DNA of 64,000 nt. It comes from Octopus bimaculoides. Lineage: Eukaryota. The stretch's first letter is position 1; every line of letters begins with the position of its first letter. Below the pieces are notes generated by a model. It was not told the DNA's origin and ran no database searches. It was given only the letters and a program-made list of their open reading frames with translations. This document shows positions 39,996 through 54,344 of the stretch, in pieces. The DNA lies in the NCBI RefSeq assembly GCF_001194135.2, contig NC_068994.1, forward strand, positions 39,657,949-39,721,948. The letters are read 5' to 3'. Position numbers and translations under genes: made by a program.

Positions 39996-41559
39996 TTCTC
40001 TCTCTCTTTGTCCGTAGCATTCAGTACAGCACACATGCATACACTCACAAACAATACACACACACACATTATAATCAAATATGCATATATGTGTGTGTAT
40101 ATGCATATATATATATGCATATATATAACATGCATATATGTATATATACATATACATATACATATATATATACACACACACACACATATATACACACATA
40201 CATATATATACATACACACACACACATGTATACTTGTCACATGTTACTTTGGTTACGCCTTTTGCTTGGTAATGAGAAATGGAAAATTATTTTGCACGCT
40301 GCATACATTTTCTCTGATATAAACACAACAAAGACTTTATTGGGAAAGTTAACACTTAAAAGAAAAAAAAATCCAATAGTTGCCATTCATAATAGATTGA
40401 TGTAGCCTGAAGATACAACATTGCAAGGCTGCCTCAAATAACTAACTCCATATATTCCCCTTCACAGAGCAAAATAGAGAATATCACTGCCTTGAAACCA
40501 AAAGTGCAAGCTAAAAATCTATGTGCAGCATAGCATAAAAAAAATAAATAAATGCTGTTACCACAGTAGACGCCCTTTCTCTTCGTTGCTTGTCTTTTCC
40601 ATTTAGCCATTCTTTTTCGCTCTCTCTTTCTCCCACTTTTCCCCATTCTTTTTATTTCCCTCTCTCTTTCTCTTTCTTTCCCTTATTTCCTAAAGTGAAT
40701 ATTCTTTTGTTTTCATTGTAGTTGTGACATCTAAAACAACGCAACAGTGTTTCAAAGAATTTAGGTATTTTGAATCAATAAAAATTTAAAAAACAAACAA
40801 TAAATAAATAAATAAATAAAATAGTCTGAAATGGTTATATTTCTCAGATTCATAGTAGTCAGAATATAAAACTTTGGTGTAGAAGCCATTTAGTTTTAAT
40901 GATGGCAGCTTATTACTTCTGAAATTGCTAAATTATAACTACTCTTTGTGCAGCATATCTGTAGACTGAACGTATTCTTTGTGGGTTTTTTTTAAGACAA
41001 ACAAGAAAAAAAGAGAAAGAGAAAAGAAAGAGGAAAAAGAATGAAAAAAAAGGGAAAGAAACACAAGTAAACAAAATGGAAAGAAAATAAATCCATAGTC
41101 ACAGCTATTTCACACGCTTGTCTTTCAAATGGCATGATTGATATGAATTACTTGAAAATGGTCCGGCTTAACTCATTCCTTTCTTAAATTTTTTTTTTTT
41201 CTACTGTGAAAAACTATTGTGATTAAGCTGCTGTTCCACCAAATAGCAGCATTAAAAGAAGAAGGGTCATAATTAAAATGTTTCAAGAAGTGCAGTATAT
41301 TAATCAATAAAAGCAAAAAGATTATCTTTATTTTACTAGAGCATGTAGCCATCTCACTGAGCTCTCATTTTGATAATTTCTTGCTTGACAATGAACCTAA
41401 AAACAGTGAAAAAAGAAAACTGACCTCCTACTCACCAACTAACTAGAAATACTGACCAATGATGTGCTATTCTTTGCAACAGCAATTTTCTTTTTTATTT
41501 TGTTTCTTTTTTTATTTTTACTTTCTTTCTCTAGTTTCTTTTAAAAATAGCTTTCTATT

Positions 41560-41945
41560 CAGCTGTAGCATGAACGAAGAAATTGCGCCCCCCAGCAGTG
41601 CAGTACACCATTACTGTTGCTTGTGGTTTTTCATAACCAGCGATTCGTACATCGTACATCAAAATACTCACGTCAGATCAGCATTTCCCATTTGTAAAAG
41701 TAAATTATGGTTCCCGTTCGAAATCTTAATTAGAAAAAGCTGAAATATTCTGCAACTTTCACTGCATTCTTTGACAACGACAACTTTTCACGGACGAAAG
41801 GTCAGTACGATGAACAAAATGTAAATCACTCGAGAAATATCACAATCCAGCTCGAGGCAAGCTTTAAAACAAGGATAATAATTTTTTTCCTGTTCATTGA
41901 ATTCATGCAGGATGGCTGCAGTTATTTCCCTAGACACTGGTAAGC
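41560..41945. promoter_or_regulatory. CpG-enriched region with splice donors on both strands; candidate alternative first exon(s)
   Basis: Many CpGs in a CpG-poor background. Minus: ATG 41691 (MGNADL) and GAC|GTGAGT at 41672. Plus: AGGATGG at 41912 (MAAVISLDT) and CTG|GTAAGC at 41939. Confidence 0.35.
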
Positions 41946-43230
41946 AGTTATTTTTACAGCCACTTCATAAATTTGGCTCCCGTGTCTTTCATCTTAAATA
42001 TAATGTCTTTGTTGAAAGTTCTGCTGTGGCTTTCCACAAATAGGAACAGCAAAATAACCCTGGTCATACTCTATTCTTCTCTCCTACACTGAATCTAGAT
42101 GATACACTAACTCTTGAACCAATGGTTTTGGTGGGGTTTTTTTTTTATAATAATTAGTCATTTCTTGTATTTTTAATAATTTTATTTTTTTGCTTTTTTT
42201 TACCACCAATCACATTATTGTTGTTGTTGTTGTTATTGTTGATGTCATTTACATCAATATAATTATCATAGTTTATATTTCTCTTTATTCCAAAATATGA
42301 TTTTAGTATTTGGATTTTACAGAACTGAAGTAGGAAAATGCATAATAATTATCAATCAAATTTTGGAAATCCAGCTTGTTAATCCTATTGATGTTGCTTT
42401 CTTATTCTTTAAAAAAAATATTAATTTTGATGTGAATTGTTTTTGTGATATTTTCAAAGATTAATTCCTGACAAACTTGATACGAAACATAGTGACAGAA
42501 GCACTTTTTTTTATCAAATTAACACAAATTTAATGATTCGCAGTGTTAAAATAAAAGTCGGATAGAAGTAAGGAAAAATACTTTTTTACAGAGTTAAGCA
42601 AGTAGTGGTTTTATCTTGTACTATACTGTATTTATTTCTTCATTTAGTTTAGTTACAATTTTTAGTTACAAAAAGAAAGATGTTTTTTAAGCAATTTCTG
42701 CTATAATTGGATTTAAATTATGGCATGTAAAAATTTAAAGCTCTGGAGATAAAATTTGGAGAATTGAAACTAGAAATTGTATTGACACATAGTAAAACAC
42801 CACAAGCATATACTGCTCTCCAGAATAGTTTCAACTTGAGATAGAGAATATACGATGTACACTACACCTTGAATTGAGCATAACAATTAAGCAATAGATA
42901 ATTAGAAATCGATTACCAATAAGCCTTCAGTCAATTAATCACTGTAAGTTAGAGATAAAATAATACGGTTTTATTGACTACTTATGAGAACATAGATCAA
43001 TGGATCATGTATTAAGGCATCTAAGATGTTTGCTTAATGCTATTGTAAAACTTAAAATAGGATAATGAGAGAAAAAAAAAGTTGCAGTGGCCTAAAGGGT
43101 AGAGCTGTTATGGAGAGAGAGCTATGAACCAATTTTATAGATGAAAGGAAACATTGATTACACTTCTATGTGTCATGAAATTCACTTTTTGTAAGAATAA
43201 TAAGGCCTGAATTAGCAATCTGTTTTTTTG

Positions 43231-43270
<40 letters not shown>

Positions 43271-43473
43271 AAGGAGCCTTCAATCATTGTTGTTTAATTA
43301 AAAATCTGAATATCTGCAATGCATTATTGATAATACAATCATAATTTCTTTGGACTATTAACCTCATCTGTGGAATAAAAAGATGTTTTAAAATTAATGT
43401 CTACACTGTGTTTCAATCAATTTGTTCCCAGATCATCCTCAGGTATCCTATTTCTGTTTGTGTATATCTACAT

Positions 43474-43548
43474 GCCTTAGTGGCCAAATGGATAAGAACA
43501 TGACGTTTAGTTTAGAAATATAGGTTCCAAGTTTGAATACAGTCTGGT
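43474..43548 (+). pseudogene. Decayed tRNA-Arg-like sequence or SINE head
   Basis: GTGGCCAAATGGATAAG matches the tRNA-Arg D-arm (GTGGCCTAATGGATAAG). The T-arm is degenerate (GTTTGAATAC) and no cloverleaf forms. Confidence 0.45.
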
Positions 43549-45406
43549 ATTATGTACAGATATATAAAAATAAGAAACCTGACAATAACCTGAAATAAAA
43601 CACACTCGAAACATAATAGAGATGTAGATATGAAACATTTTCCATTTCTGAAGATAATGTTAATAGTCCACAAAATTATAACCATATTGTTATAGTTTAG
43701 TTCGAGATCAGCTCTGATCAAGCAGACTTATGATCAAAGGCAATACAGCTATGAATATACTGTCTTCTTTGTTTTTGTTTTTAGTTTTTCAGATATGTTT
43801 TATCTATGATAACATCATACAATGTATTTCTAAAATGATAACAGTGTGTGATATGAGAGTGATTTGGTTATTGTTTTTAGAAATAAGGTGACCATATACA
43901 GGATTCCACCTTGGCTCAAATTTCCTGTTTGATGATGATGATTATGATGACACCACTTTAAAATTAAAGAGCACACAAACCACTAATAATTTTTCACATG
44001 TCTCTCTGTAATTTATATGTTGAAAATGGAAGTTAGTATTTATTTACTAAGTATAAGTTTATAAAACATTAGCTTTTATTTATCAGTCTGCAATTGATTT
44101 TCTGATATCAGAAAGATATCAGACACCAAAAGAACTAGATTATATCATAAAAATGGATATTTAAACAAATATTTTAGTTAAAGGCCAAAACTTTCAGAGG
44201 AGATGCATAACTTAGTGCTTAGGCAACTGGGCTCTCGATTATAATGCTGTAGGTCTGATTCTCAGTCTAGAAGACATGTGTGCTTCGTTGAGGCACTTCT
44301 TTATTTCATGCTCCTCCAGCCAACTTAGCTGGCAAAAAGGAGAATTAGAATTGACAGAGCATCTGGTGAGCATCGTACTAGCACAGTAGTGTTAAGGAGT
44401 TTATGAAACATCCACAAGCCTTCAGACACAAAGCGAAATACATTTAGCAAAAAATTTCTATATCCAGTATTTATGCTTTATAACTTTAAATCCTTGAATC
44501 CTTTGAACTGGTTCATGGATTATATCTAATCTATTCTTCCAAGTATAGCAACAGTCCTTCCAATGAGTTTCCACATAGTATCTATCAATCAAATTTTTTG
44601 TTACACGAGTTTGATCACCCCCAAGTCTATGCCCCAAGGACTAACGAACATTTTATCAGATTTGCTTTGCTCATTTTAACACTTTAGCATTCATATCACT
44701 CTGTTGACTGAAATGCTTATTTATTCACATTGTTTGGAATTGAACATTCATTACCTCATACCGTTGAGATTTCAATAATGTGATTGTTTATTTTTAGAAT
44801 GACATTGTAGGGTAAGTAGGAGAGGCTGGATCAGATCAGTTTGGCCATTAAACAGGCAGAATATTTTGGCTGGATATAGTCAGTTTACATTTAAACGGTA
44901 AAGGAATGTGACTATAAGCTACTTGTTCTACATGTGTGTTCAACATAGAAGGATTAGATTCATTTTAGTGTTTGAATATTATTTTGGCAACTCTTTTTGG
45001 AAATCACTGACCAGATCAACTTAAAAAAACATTTACCAAAAAATATAACTATTTCCCCACTAATGCACAGATATACACAAATATACACTGACACACACAA
45101 CATGCTCATACACATACTCACACACATACACACACATGCATGCACACATACATGCACACATACATGCACACACACACACATTCATGTGGATAGCTATCTG
45201 CCTATCTATTTCTTTCATTCTGTGTGTATGTATAGACACACACACACAAATGCATACATATAAAACACTTAAATGCACACACATATATACATATACATCC
45301 ATCTAAATACAAACACAGACACACAAACCCTAACATACACACACACACGCACTAAATGTTATTTACATCACTCTAAATGTTAGTTCCATTCATTCATTGA
45401 TTCCTT

Positions 45407-45438
<32 letters not shown>

Positions 45439-46319
45439 TATCTTTATATATATGTATTTATAATAAGGAAACATTCTAATATATTATAAATGTTTCACTG
45501 TTTCATAAATGAACAAAACATAAATATAAAAAAAAAAATACATCAATGCTGAGTAAGAAAACAACATTGTTCTTTTCCAAGGTGTTTTCTTTTTCTTTTT
45601 AATATATTTCCATAATATTATTTTATCCTAGCAGGTGTTAGATGTCACTATAAATTTAAATATCTGCATAAGATTTTGAAACTTGAGATTTATAGCAAGG
45701 TGATGTTTTCCCTGGCTCACTGTGAAATAATGGTAGTGTTGCCTTTGTTCACAAGTGATATGTTTTTCTCTGACGATATTCATTTACTGATTTTAGTCGT
45801 TGGACTGTGGACATGCTGGAGCACCACTGTTATAATGACTGAGAAGAACAGAGAACATAATTTTAATGTAAGGTGAGTGAGTTTCTACTTTTGTCTTTCA
45901 TTCTTCCCTTTGTTGCAGTTAATGGACTATGGTCAGGCTGGAGCAACGTGGAGTAAAAAAGAGAGTATAATTCTAAAAAATGATCGATAAGTTCCTATTT
46001 TAGTCTTATATCCTTCTATCTGTTTCTGTCATTTTCATGAATCTTCATTTTGCAATGAAGAGTTAGATCTTACACTTAAATGGAAGAACCAAAAATTCAC
46101 CTGGTACCATCAGATATTTAATTTCTGCTAAATGCAAGCAAGCTACATGGTAAAGAAGTTTGCTTCTGAAGCACATGGTTTCCTTTCAGTTCTGCAGCAC
46201 ATCTAGTACTTTGGACAAATACCATTGAGCAATTGTCTGAGATTGGTCAATACCATATAAGGGATATCACATAGATAGAAACTATATGAAAACCTGGTTG
46301 CTTCTATGTATGTATGTGT

Positions 46320-46650
46320 AAACATTCATCATCCTCATCGTTTTATGTCCATTTTCCATGCTGACATGGGTTGGACGGTTCGACTGGGGTCTGGGAAGCC
46401 AAAAGGCTGCACCAGGCCCCAATCTGATCTGGCAGTTTTTCTACAGCTGGATGCCCTTCTTAATGCCAACCACTCCAAGAGTCTAGTGGGTGCATTTTAC
46501 ATGCCACTGGCACAAGGGGCCAGAGGAGCTGGTATCGACCATGATCAGATGGTGCTTTTTACGTGCCACCGGCACGGAAGCCAGTCAAGACGGCACTGGC
46601 ATCAGCCATGTTCGGATAGTGCCTTTTACGTGCTACTGGCACAAGGCTCA
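46320..46650 (-). mobile_element. Second SINE-like family with internal ~62-67-bp subrepeats
   Basis: Reverse complement of the family core, then TTTTAC(A/G)TGC units at 46495, 46557 and 46624. Confidence 0.8.
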
Positions 46651-46675
46651 CACACACACACACACACACATCAGG

Positions 46676-47365
46676 ATGGCGACAAAGTGCTGACGACTGA
46701 CTGGATGGATCCTGAGAACATTCAGAACCAGAAATAAGGAAACCATGATGGTCCTCTGGAAGACATTCGCCCTCAGCCACCTCGATTACTGCTCACTGCT
46801 ATGGTCACCCACCAGTGTGAAATTAACAATGGACCTTGAAGCAATCCAGAGAAGACTCACAAAGAAGATCGTCTCTTTGCAACTGTTCAGCTACTGGGAA
46901 AGGTTGAAACAGCTAAGACTCTACTCCCTGGAGAGAAGGCAGGAGAGGTATGCCGTAATATACATCTGGAAGATCCTTGAAGGAATTGTGCTAAATTTTG
47001 GCATTGAAAGCTACACCAATGCCAGAACGGGACAACGCTGCATAGTGCCAAAGATCCCAGCAATGCCATCATGCTTCAGAACCAGTTACTGCAACAGCCA
47101 GGGTTTCAGGGGCCCACAGCTTTTTAATATTCTCCCAAAGAGCCTGAGGAACCTGCACAAAGTAGATGTAGGTGTTTTTAAATCAAAGCTGGACCTCTTC
47201 CTGTCGAGAGTCCCAGATGAACCTACCTCATGGCATGAGGTGCAAATGAGGGTAGCTACATCAAACTCTATTCTTCACCAAGTGCCATATATTGGAGGAG
47301 GCTCTCAGTAATAACAGTGTAGCAAAACGGTGGTGCATCAGCATGGCTCTGAGCTGAAACTACCG
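46676..47365 (+). mobile_element. CR1-group LINE 3' end (RT C-terminus and 3' UTR)
   Basis: GWILRTFRTR...LWKTFALSHLDYCSLLWSP...AIQRRLTK...SYWERLKQLRLYSLERRQERYAVIYIWKI, a typical CR1/L2-group terminus. Confidence 0.92.
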
Positions 47366-49633
47366 AAAATATATATAGTTTGATAACAGTTTGACTTAAA
47401 GTTTCATTGGCTCCTTCCCTCATATCATTATTCACTTATTATTTAGATTCTTTCAAGAAAAAGGAATTAAGTTCCACTCAAAATACTGAGGTTGATATCA
47501 ACTAAGAAAATCCTTGAAGGTGGTGCCCTCAACTTGTTCACAGCCCTTTAACTGAAACCAGTAGAAGACAAAAATAAATGTGAAATATACCTTTGTATTT
47601 TTCTGCTTCCTTTCAACCTAAGATGAGAGACAAAGTGAGGGGCCAGTATGTAAGTTGTTCAATCTGCAAGAAGTTGTAACTAAATTTCTCTCAAAATCAC
47701 TTCTAAGAGTTTTTAAAGGAATAACACATTAGATAGTGTAGTCCCATGTAAATTATGTCTAAATAAAGGACAGGTCAGGCACAGCTGAAATATTTTTGCT
47801 CATATGTTGGATTACATATAGGACTAAACATCTACAACTATAACAACATCACCAACAACTAAATACATCAATGTTTATATTGTATTATGTACATATTCAA
47901 AATACTGCACGGTAATTTTAATCAATGAAACATTGATGTTTAGAAGTTAGGTTCAATCTTGAGCTAAAATGCAATTTTACTCTATCCTCATTTTCTTGTT
48001 GAAATATTAAAAAACCGAAAATCTGAGTTAATGTATTTGGTCTGAATCATCTAAAATATTGTAAGTAGTTCTGGCTTGTCAGTCAGTGGAAGTGTAAAGT
48101 AAAATTATTGCAGTCATGAATTGATGTTCTGTCATCTTAAATAAAATATAGTTTGACAATACTTATTAATTTTACAGCCTAACTCTCTGAAATATTATTA
48201 TAATGGAACATAATATAATATATATTCTAAGAAATGGAAAGGAAAAAAATAAAGATCGAAATAATTCCATAACCATCTAATATTTTTTTGTTCTAATCCC
48301 CGTTAATCCTCTTCAACTGTCAGTGATAATTTGTAACCTTATTGTCAAATATAACATTGATGAATTTCTTTGTTTATTATCTGAAAAGTAAGTAAATAAC
48401 ATTAACCAGGATTATTTTAACTTCTAAGAATGATTGACATGGAACAAATGTTACTTTATTGTCAAAAATTTATTAAAGATAATCTGTCATTGTCAACGTA
48501 TCAAATAATTATGAGGAATGAATTCTCACAACACAGGCCTTTATTATTATTATTATTATTATTATTTTACCATCAGCACCACCACCATCAACACCACCAC
48601 TATCATCATCACATCATCATCATCTTCATCATCATCATCATCATCATCGACATCATCATAAAACAGGGAAACAAAATTCTTTATCTCATCTAATTTCACA
48701 GAAATATTTATATTAAATTTCAAAACAGTTTATCATCTGATTACACCAAATACTCTATTTCAATTATAATAAACTTATCTTATTCATCTGGAATATCTCA
48801 TTTCAAACACTAGCGTCGTCATTTCACATCACTAAATTATTTTGTTTTCTATATAAGAATCTGCTACCTTACCACTCTCGTTAATATTTCCTTTCACATG
48901 CAACGAAATGTTATCTAAACCCTTAAAATATTTCATTGGAAATTTCCGTGTCAAGCCAGCTCCCCATAAGAATATTTTATTTCGACTTAAAAGTTATCTC
49001 TCATTTCACCAGAATATTTTATACTGAATTATCTGTTATCTCATTCTTATTTGGAATATATCATTTTTATTTTCATTTTCACTTTTTTTTTTTTTTTTTN
49101 NNNNNNNNNTTTTTTTTTTTTTTGTTAATTTAGGAAGATTAAATATTTCTTTTTCCCAAAATATTTCATTTCAAATTGTAAAATATGTTATCTCAATAAT
49201 TTCCAATAAAGTTTAAGTCAGTTTGATTGTAATATATTGATCTGCAGGCAATTATTACTGTTTTTATATCTCTTTTCGACTGATCAACTTTTTCTAACTC
49301 AGTTTATTTCCTTTTCAATAACCCCAAATTACAGCAGATAATATTTATCAAGTAGCCTTTCTCTCAATCACATGGGTTTCACCGATGACTCTTCATAACA
49401 GTATCACAGCCATTGCATCAATCTATGAGTCAATTGACATGAGCTTGCAATAAAAAAATGGAATTTGATAGGAAGAAACTCAGCTCTTCTCTCCCTCTGT
49501 CACTCTCTCTTTCACTCTACAAATCTACCTACTCCTACCTTTCTCTATCTCCCTTTCTTTATATATGTGTGTGTGTGTGTGCATGTGTGTATGTATGTGT
49601 GTGTATGTGTGAGTGTGTGTGCGTGTGAGTGTA

Positions 49634-49689
<56 letters not shown>

Positions 49690-49853
49690 NNNNNNNNNNN
49701 NNNNNNNNNNNNNNNNNNNNNNNNNNNNNNNNNNNNNNNNNNNNNNNNNNNNNNNNNNNNNNNNNNNNNNNNNNNNNNNNNNNNNNNNNNNNNNNNNNNN
49801 NNNNNNNNNNNNNNNNNNNNNNNNNNNNNNNNNNNNNNNNNNNNNNNNNNNNN

Positions 49854-49916
<63 letters not shown>

Positions 49917-50044
49917 AAGAGATATACACATATAAATATTATATATATGCATATATATAACACACACACACATATACTATCTATGTGCATATATATATAT
50001 ATAATTATATATATATATATATATATAAATACATACATACATAC

Positions 50045-50225
50045 ACGTCTTGAGAAATTAGGCTTCCAGAAAGGAGAAAACTGATTCGAAGACTACAAAT
50101 CCAAGCCATACCTGGAATTATAAAAACCAGTAAAACTTTCCACAAGTTTATCATTTAAGTATATATGAGCATATCTAGACCTGCAACTATATACTTGAGA
50201 ATACATAAAACGAAACCTACAAACC
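50045..50225 (+). mobile_element. Probable LINE 3' end fragment, clade uncertain
   Basis: Frameshifted LEKLGF...IRRLQIQAIPG..KT..TFHKF resembles RLE-type LINE C-termini. Confidence 0.4.
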
Positions 50226-50243
50226 TACACATATACATACATA

Positions 50244-50808
50244 CAGGGTGAACCCTCACTCCCCAAAAAACAGAAGCCATAAAAATTTGATTAAATCCTA
50301 CAAAGGTTCAGCAAATTTCAAGAAATTTGCTGGACTTAAACTTCGGTCCGTGTTCAATCATTCTCCTTGCATAAAAATCATGTTCTTTTCAAAATGTACT
50401 CCAAATGGCATATGTTGCACAAACACTTGCATACATCAAGCAAAATTGTCAATTACTCGAACACGTTCCTCTTTGAGGATTTCCCTGATTTCTGCCTTCA
50501 GTTCATCAATCATTTGAAGGTTGTTCTGGTAAACATTATCCTTGAGATACCCCGAAAGGGAAAAATCTGGTGGGGTTCAAGTCTGATGAATGCAGTACCC
50601 ACTCAATGTCAGACTTCCTGCTGATCAGTCTCTCAACCAGGCTAGGGAGTTATTTCATGCGTGGGGAGTGGCCCTGTCTTGCTGGAACCACTGTTCATCA
50701 TGATCTATCCTTCTGCATTGATTTATTCAAACAGCTTTATGCAAAGATTTGTGAATAAATCAATGCAGAAGGATAGATCATGATGNNNNNNNNNNGGGGG
50801 TCACCCTG
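50244..50808 (-). mobile_element. Tc1/mariner (maT-like) internally deleted element
   Basis: TIRs CAGGGTGA.CCC / GGGTCACCCTG with TA flanks. Minus strand reads EWVLHSSDLNP/PDFSLSGYLKDNVYQNNLQMIDELKAEI (one frameshift), similar to the WPPxSPDLNPxDF.LWGYLK motif. Confidence 0.88.
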
Positions 50809-51367
50809 TACATACATACAAAAATACCCTGTTGTTGATGTTGAAATTCCCATGAAGGAGCCTTGGATCTAGGTTAGAAACCGACTCTTTCTGTATTGGC
50901 AAGAAATCTTGAAATAAAACTGAATAATGACATACATACATACATACATACATATATGCACACATATACAGACATACACATATGTGGAACTGGAGTACAC
51001 TTATTTGCAGCTATTGTATTATGCTTTTCTTTCCCTCAATTCCTCCCCCCCTTCTCTCTCTCTCTCTCTTTGTTTTCCTTGCAATGTTAGTAATATTTGA
51101 ACCATAGCATATGTTGCAGACAGGTAAATAATGTCCTAAATGTTAACTGTAGTAAGGCAGTATTGGACTGATGATGTACAATAAGGGAGTAAGGAACTAA
51201 ATTTAACCTTTCTTGCTAAAACTATATTGCAACACAAAGAGCTGAACTAAGGTCTGTTTATTGTTCTGAGTATTTAAGTTGGAAGTGTACTGAACAAATT
51301 AGTGTACTTAATAAATTATTTAATATTCTCATAGTCCATGTAAATTTTATGGTTCTTTTAGGATACA

Positions 51368-51837
51368 TAGAAGGAGGTGCTGGAAAGTTCCTGGCTTTTT
51401 TTTTTTTTTTGTGCGGGTGGCACATGAAATGCACCATTTTGAGCGTGGCCGTTGCCAGTACCGCCTGACTGGCCTTCGTGCGGGTGACACGTAAAAGCAC
51501 CCACTACACTCTGAGTGGTTGGCGTTAGGAAGGGCATCCAGCTGTAGAAACTCTGCCAAATCAGATTGGAGCCTGGTGTAGCCATCTGGTTTCACCAGTC
51601 CTCAGTCAAATCGTCCAACCCATACTAGCATGGAAAGCGGACGTTAAACGACGACGACGACGACAGGAGGATCACTTAATTATGATTTTATTTAACATAT
51701 TCACCTCTCAGATTGAAACGCTTGTTGCAGCGGCCCTTCAGTTTTTCAAAGCCCTGTAAAAGAACTCAAAAGATCAGGCCCTCAACCAGGTCTTTCACAT
51801 TACCCTTAAAGCTGGAAACTTTTCAGCACCCACTCAT
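51368..51837. mobile_element. Mariner-type MITE interrupted by a SINE-like insertion (~51396-51663)
   Basis: Imperfect TIRs GGAGGTGCTGGAAAGTTCCTGGCTTT / AAAGCTGGAAACTTTTCAGCACCCACTCA. Confidence 0.75.
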
Positions 51838-52719
51838 TTTTGAGTAAAAGATTCAACTAATCTTTTACTCAAAAATTAATCTTTTTGTTTTCAATAAATG
51901 AATCATATCTTTTGTTTGCATTTAAATTATTTTAGTAAGTTCTTGATATTTTAGCATTTTTTGTTTGTTCAACTTTCAATAATGATTAAGACACCTATAT
52001 AAACAACTTTAGCACAGCTTTTGTCTGTGCATAGTATCAAAGTATGTTCCCCAATATTCTTGTGTTCTTTTATCAAAGAAATGCCCTGTCTAAGACATTG
52101 AAATACTTTTTACTTCGCAGCAGATAAGCTTATTTTATTTTATAAATTCTATTAATACAAATATCTTTCTAGATGCTACCAATGATCCAACATAGAAAGA
52201 CATTGCAAATGCTGTATCTAGTAACATTAGTCCTTTCTATGTCACAAGTCACAAAAGCTTTCAATCGCATTTACTGCCAAATACTAATGAATCTACATAT
52301 TACCTGAGAGATTTCCACACGTGAAAGTGACTTTCTTAACACTATAACCCAGTTTATCAATTGCAATACTCTAAGTCATGAATATTATAAGAATTTAAAG
52401 AACTCAAGAAAAATAAATTCATTATTCATTGAGAAGGTAGCTTCATCTGAAGTAAAAATATTTGTCTAAAAACACTTTGAACAAAAGGTAAAAATTATTG
52501 ATTTTTTTTTTCTCTTTTTTTTTAATGTAGACACAAGGCCTTGGATTGTTAAAATAAGAAATATATGATTGTATGACATAGATGCCTTTCTCAAGGGCAT
52601 TAGTGATGTTTTAACATAACATAAGATTTAACACAGGATCAATAAACATCTGCTGGTTCTCAATTTTGATGTATCTATAAAACTTCGCCATGAAATATTT
52701 TCGGTAGAAAAAGAAAATA

Positions 52720-52750
<31 letters not shown>

Positions 52751-54344
52751 GTGTATGTGTGTGTGTATAATTCTCAGTCTTCAAATGTATGGATGAATTT
52801 ATCATCGTTGTCATTGTCATTGCAACTAACCACTAACCTTTAATACTTTTATCCAATTGCGAGCAAGGAAAGCTTTGTAGACTAGATAGCAAGTTCCTGG
52901 CAAAAATAATTCATATCTTATTTTTCAATTCTTCGTTTTAACCATTTTCACTTCATTTACATCACTAATACTCTATAGAAAGGCATGAAGACAATTTCAT
53001 TTCACTTCCCTTATAAATATGAAGAATTGTAACAATGTGAGAAATCAATATTCACTCGCCTGAAGCCACAGCACAACTCTCCCATCTATTTTCAGGTAAT
53101 ATATTCTATGCATTAGAAAAGCTATAGCAATGAATGTATTTATATTTTCTACTCTAAGTCTAATTTTCCTTATAGAAATAATAAAATTATGCTATGGCTT
53201 AAACTTTGTATATAATAAGAGATCCCAAACTTGTATTAAATCAGAGTTGATTCTATAAAAGTATATTTCTTAACTCTTTTGTGATTGTATTTTTAATGAC
53301 ATACACCAATACACATGTAGGCTTAGCTATATGGTTATGATGTTTGCTTCAGAACTATGTGGCTTTGGGATTGCTCCTACTTCATGGCATCTTGGGCAAG
53401 TATCTTATATTATAACTTTGAGCCAACCAATGCTTTATAAGTGGAATCATTACTGTATGGGAATATTTGTTCACAGATGTATGTGTGTGTGTGTGTTTGT
53501 ATTTTGATTTCTCATATCTTCATAAACAACATTTGAACAGAAGCAGTGATTATGTCTATATTCTATTGTAATGGTAAGGTAGTTCAGTGATATGTTTTGA
53601 TGTGTGAGAGACCAGAGGAATGAAGATACCTCAATTATGAAACAAGTGAATTTTGTTAAAAGGAAAAGTGTTCAGCTATAGAAAATCTGCTTCAATAAGT
53701 CGTGTATACCCTATGGATAAACAAACATAAGAACAACAACATTGAAGATGAAGATGATGATGATGATATTGGTGCGGATGATGATAATGAGTGTGATGAT
53801 GATGACGATGACGACGACGACAATGACAACAGCAACAATAACAACTACAATGATGATGATGATGACAATGCTGAGAGTGATGATGACAACGATGGCCAGT
53901 GGAAACAACAACAATAACAGTGATAATATTGTATAAATACTTCAATTAATTTTTTAAATAATTAAGAATTTGAATGAATTTAATAAAATAACAACTAACT
54001 TTGATAAGCTGGTTTGAAACATAAATTAACAACAATATTCTTGAATAAAATTATAATGGATGCTTTTAATCTAAATATAAACACTTTAAAATGAATAATT
54101 ATTTTGTATAATAGAAATAGAGCCAGTCTCAGGTGAAATGGTGTCAAAAAGGCTAAAGAGAGTTATTCATTCAAGTCAATGATATTTCTGAACTTATAAG
54201 ACACATTATAGTAGTTATTTTTCCATAGATCTAAGCTATTGGTCTTATGCACAAATTAAGCATCACTCAGCAGTAATTTGGTTGTTGAGAATTATAACCG
54301 TCATTAAGCTCACTAATACTTTTGAATTGATGATGTATGTGTAC

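Noticed and set aside
46745-47311. 188-aa ORF as a host gene
   Set aside because: It is the C-terminus of a CR1-group LINE reverse transcriptase.
49402-49414. TATCACAGCCATT, matching the 5' end of miR-2/miR-13 family miRNAs
   Set aside because: The 3' half diverges and no complementary arm forms a precursor hairpin.
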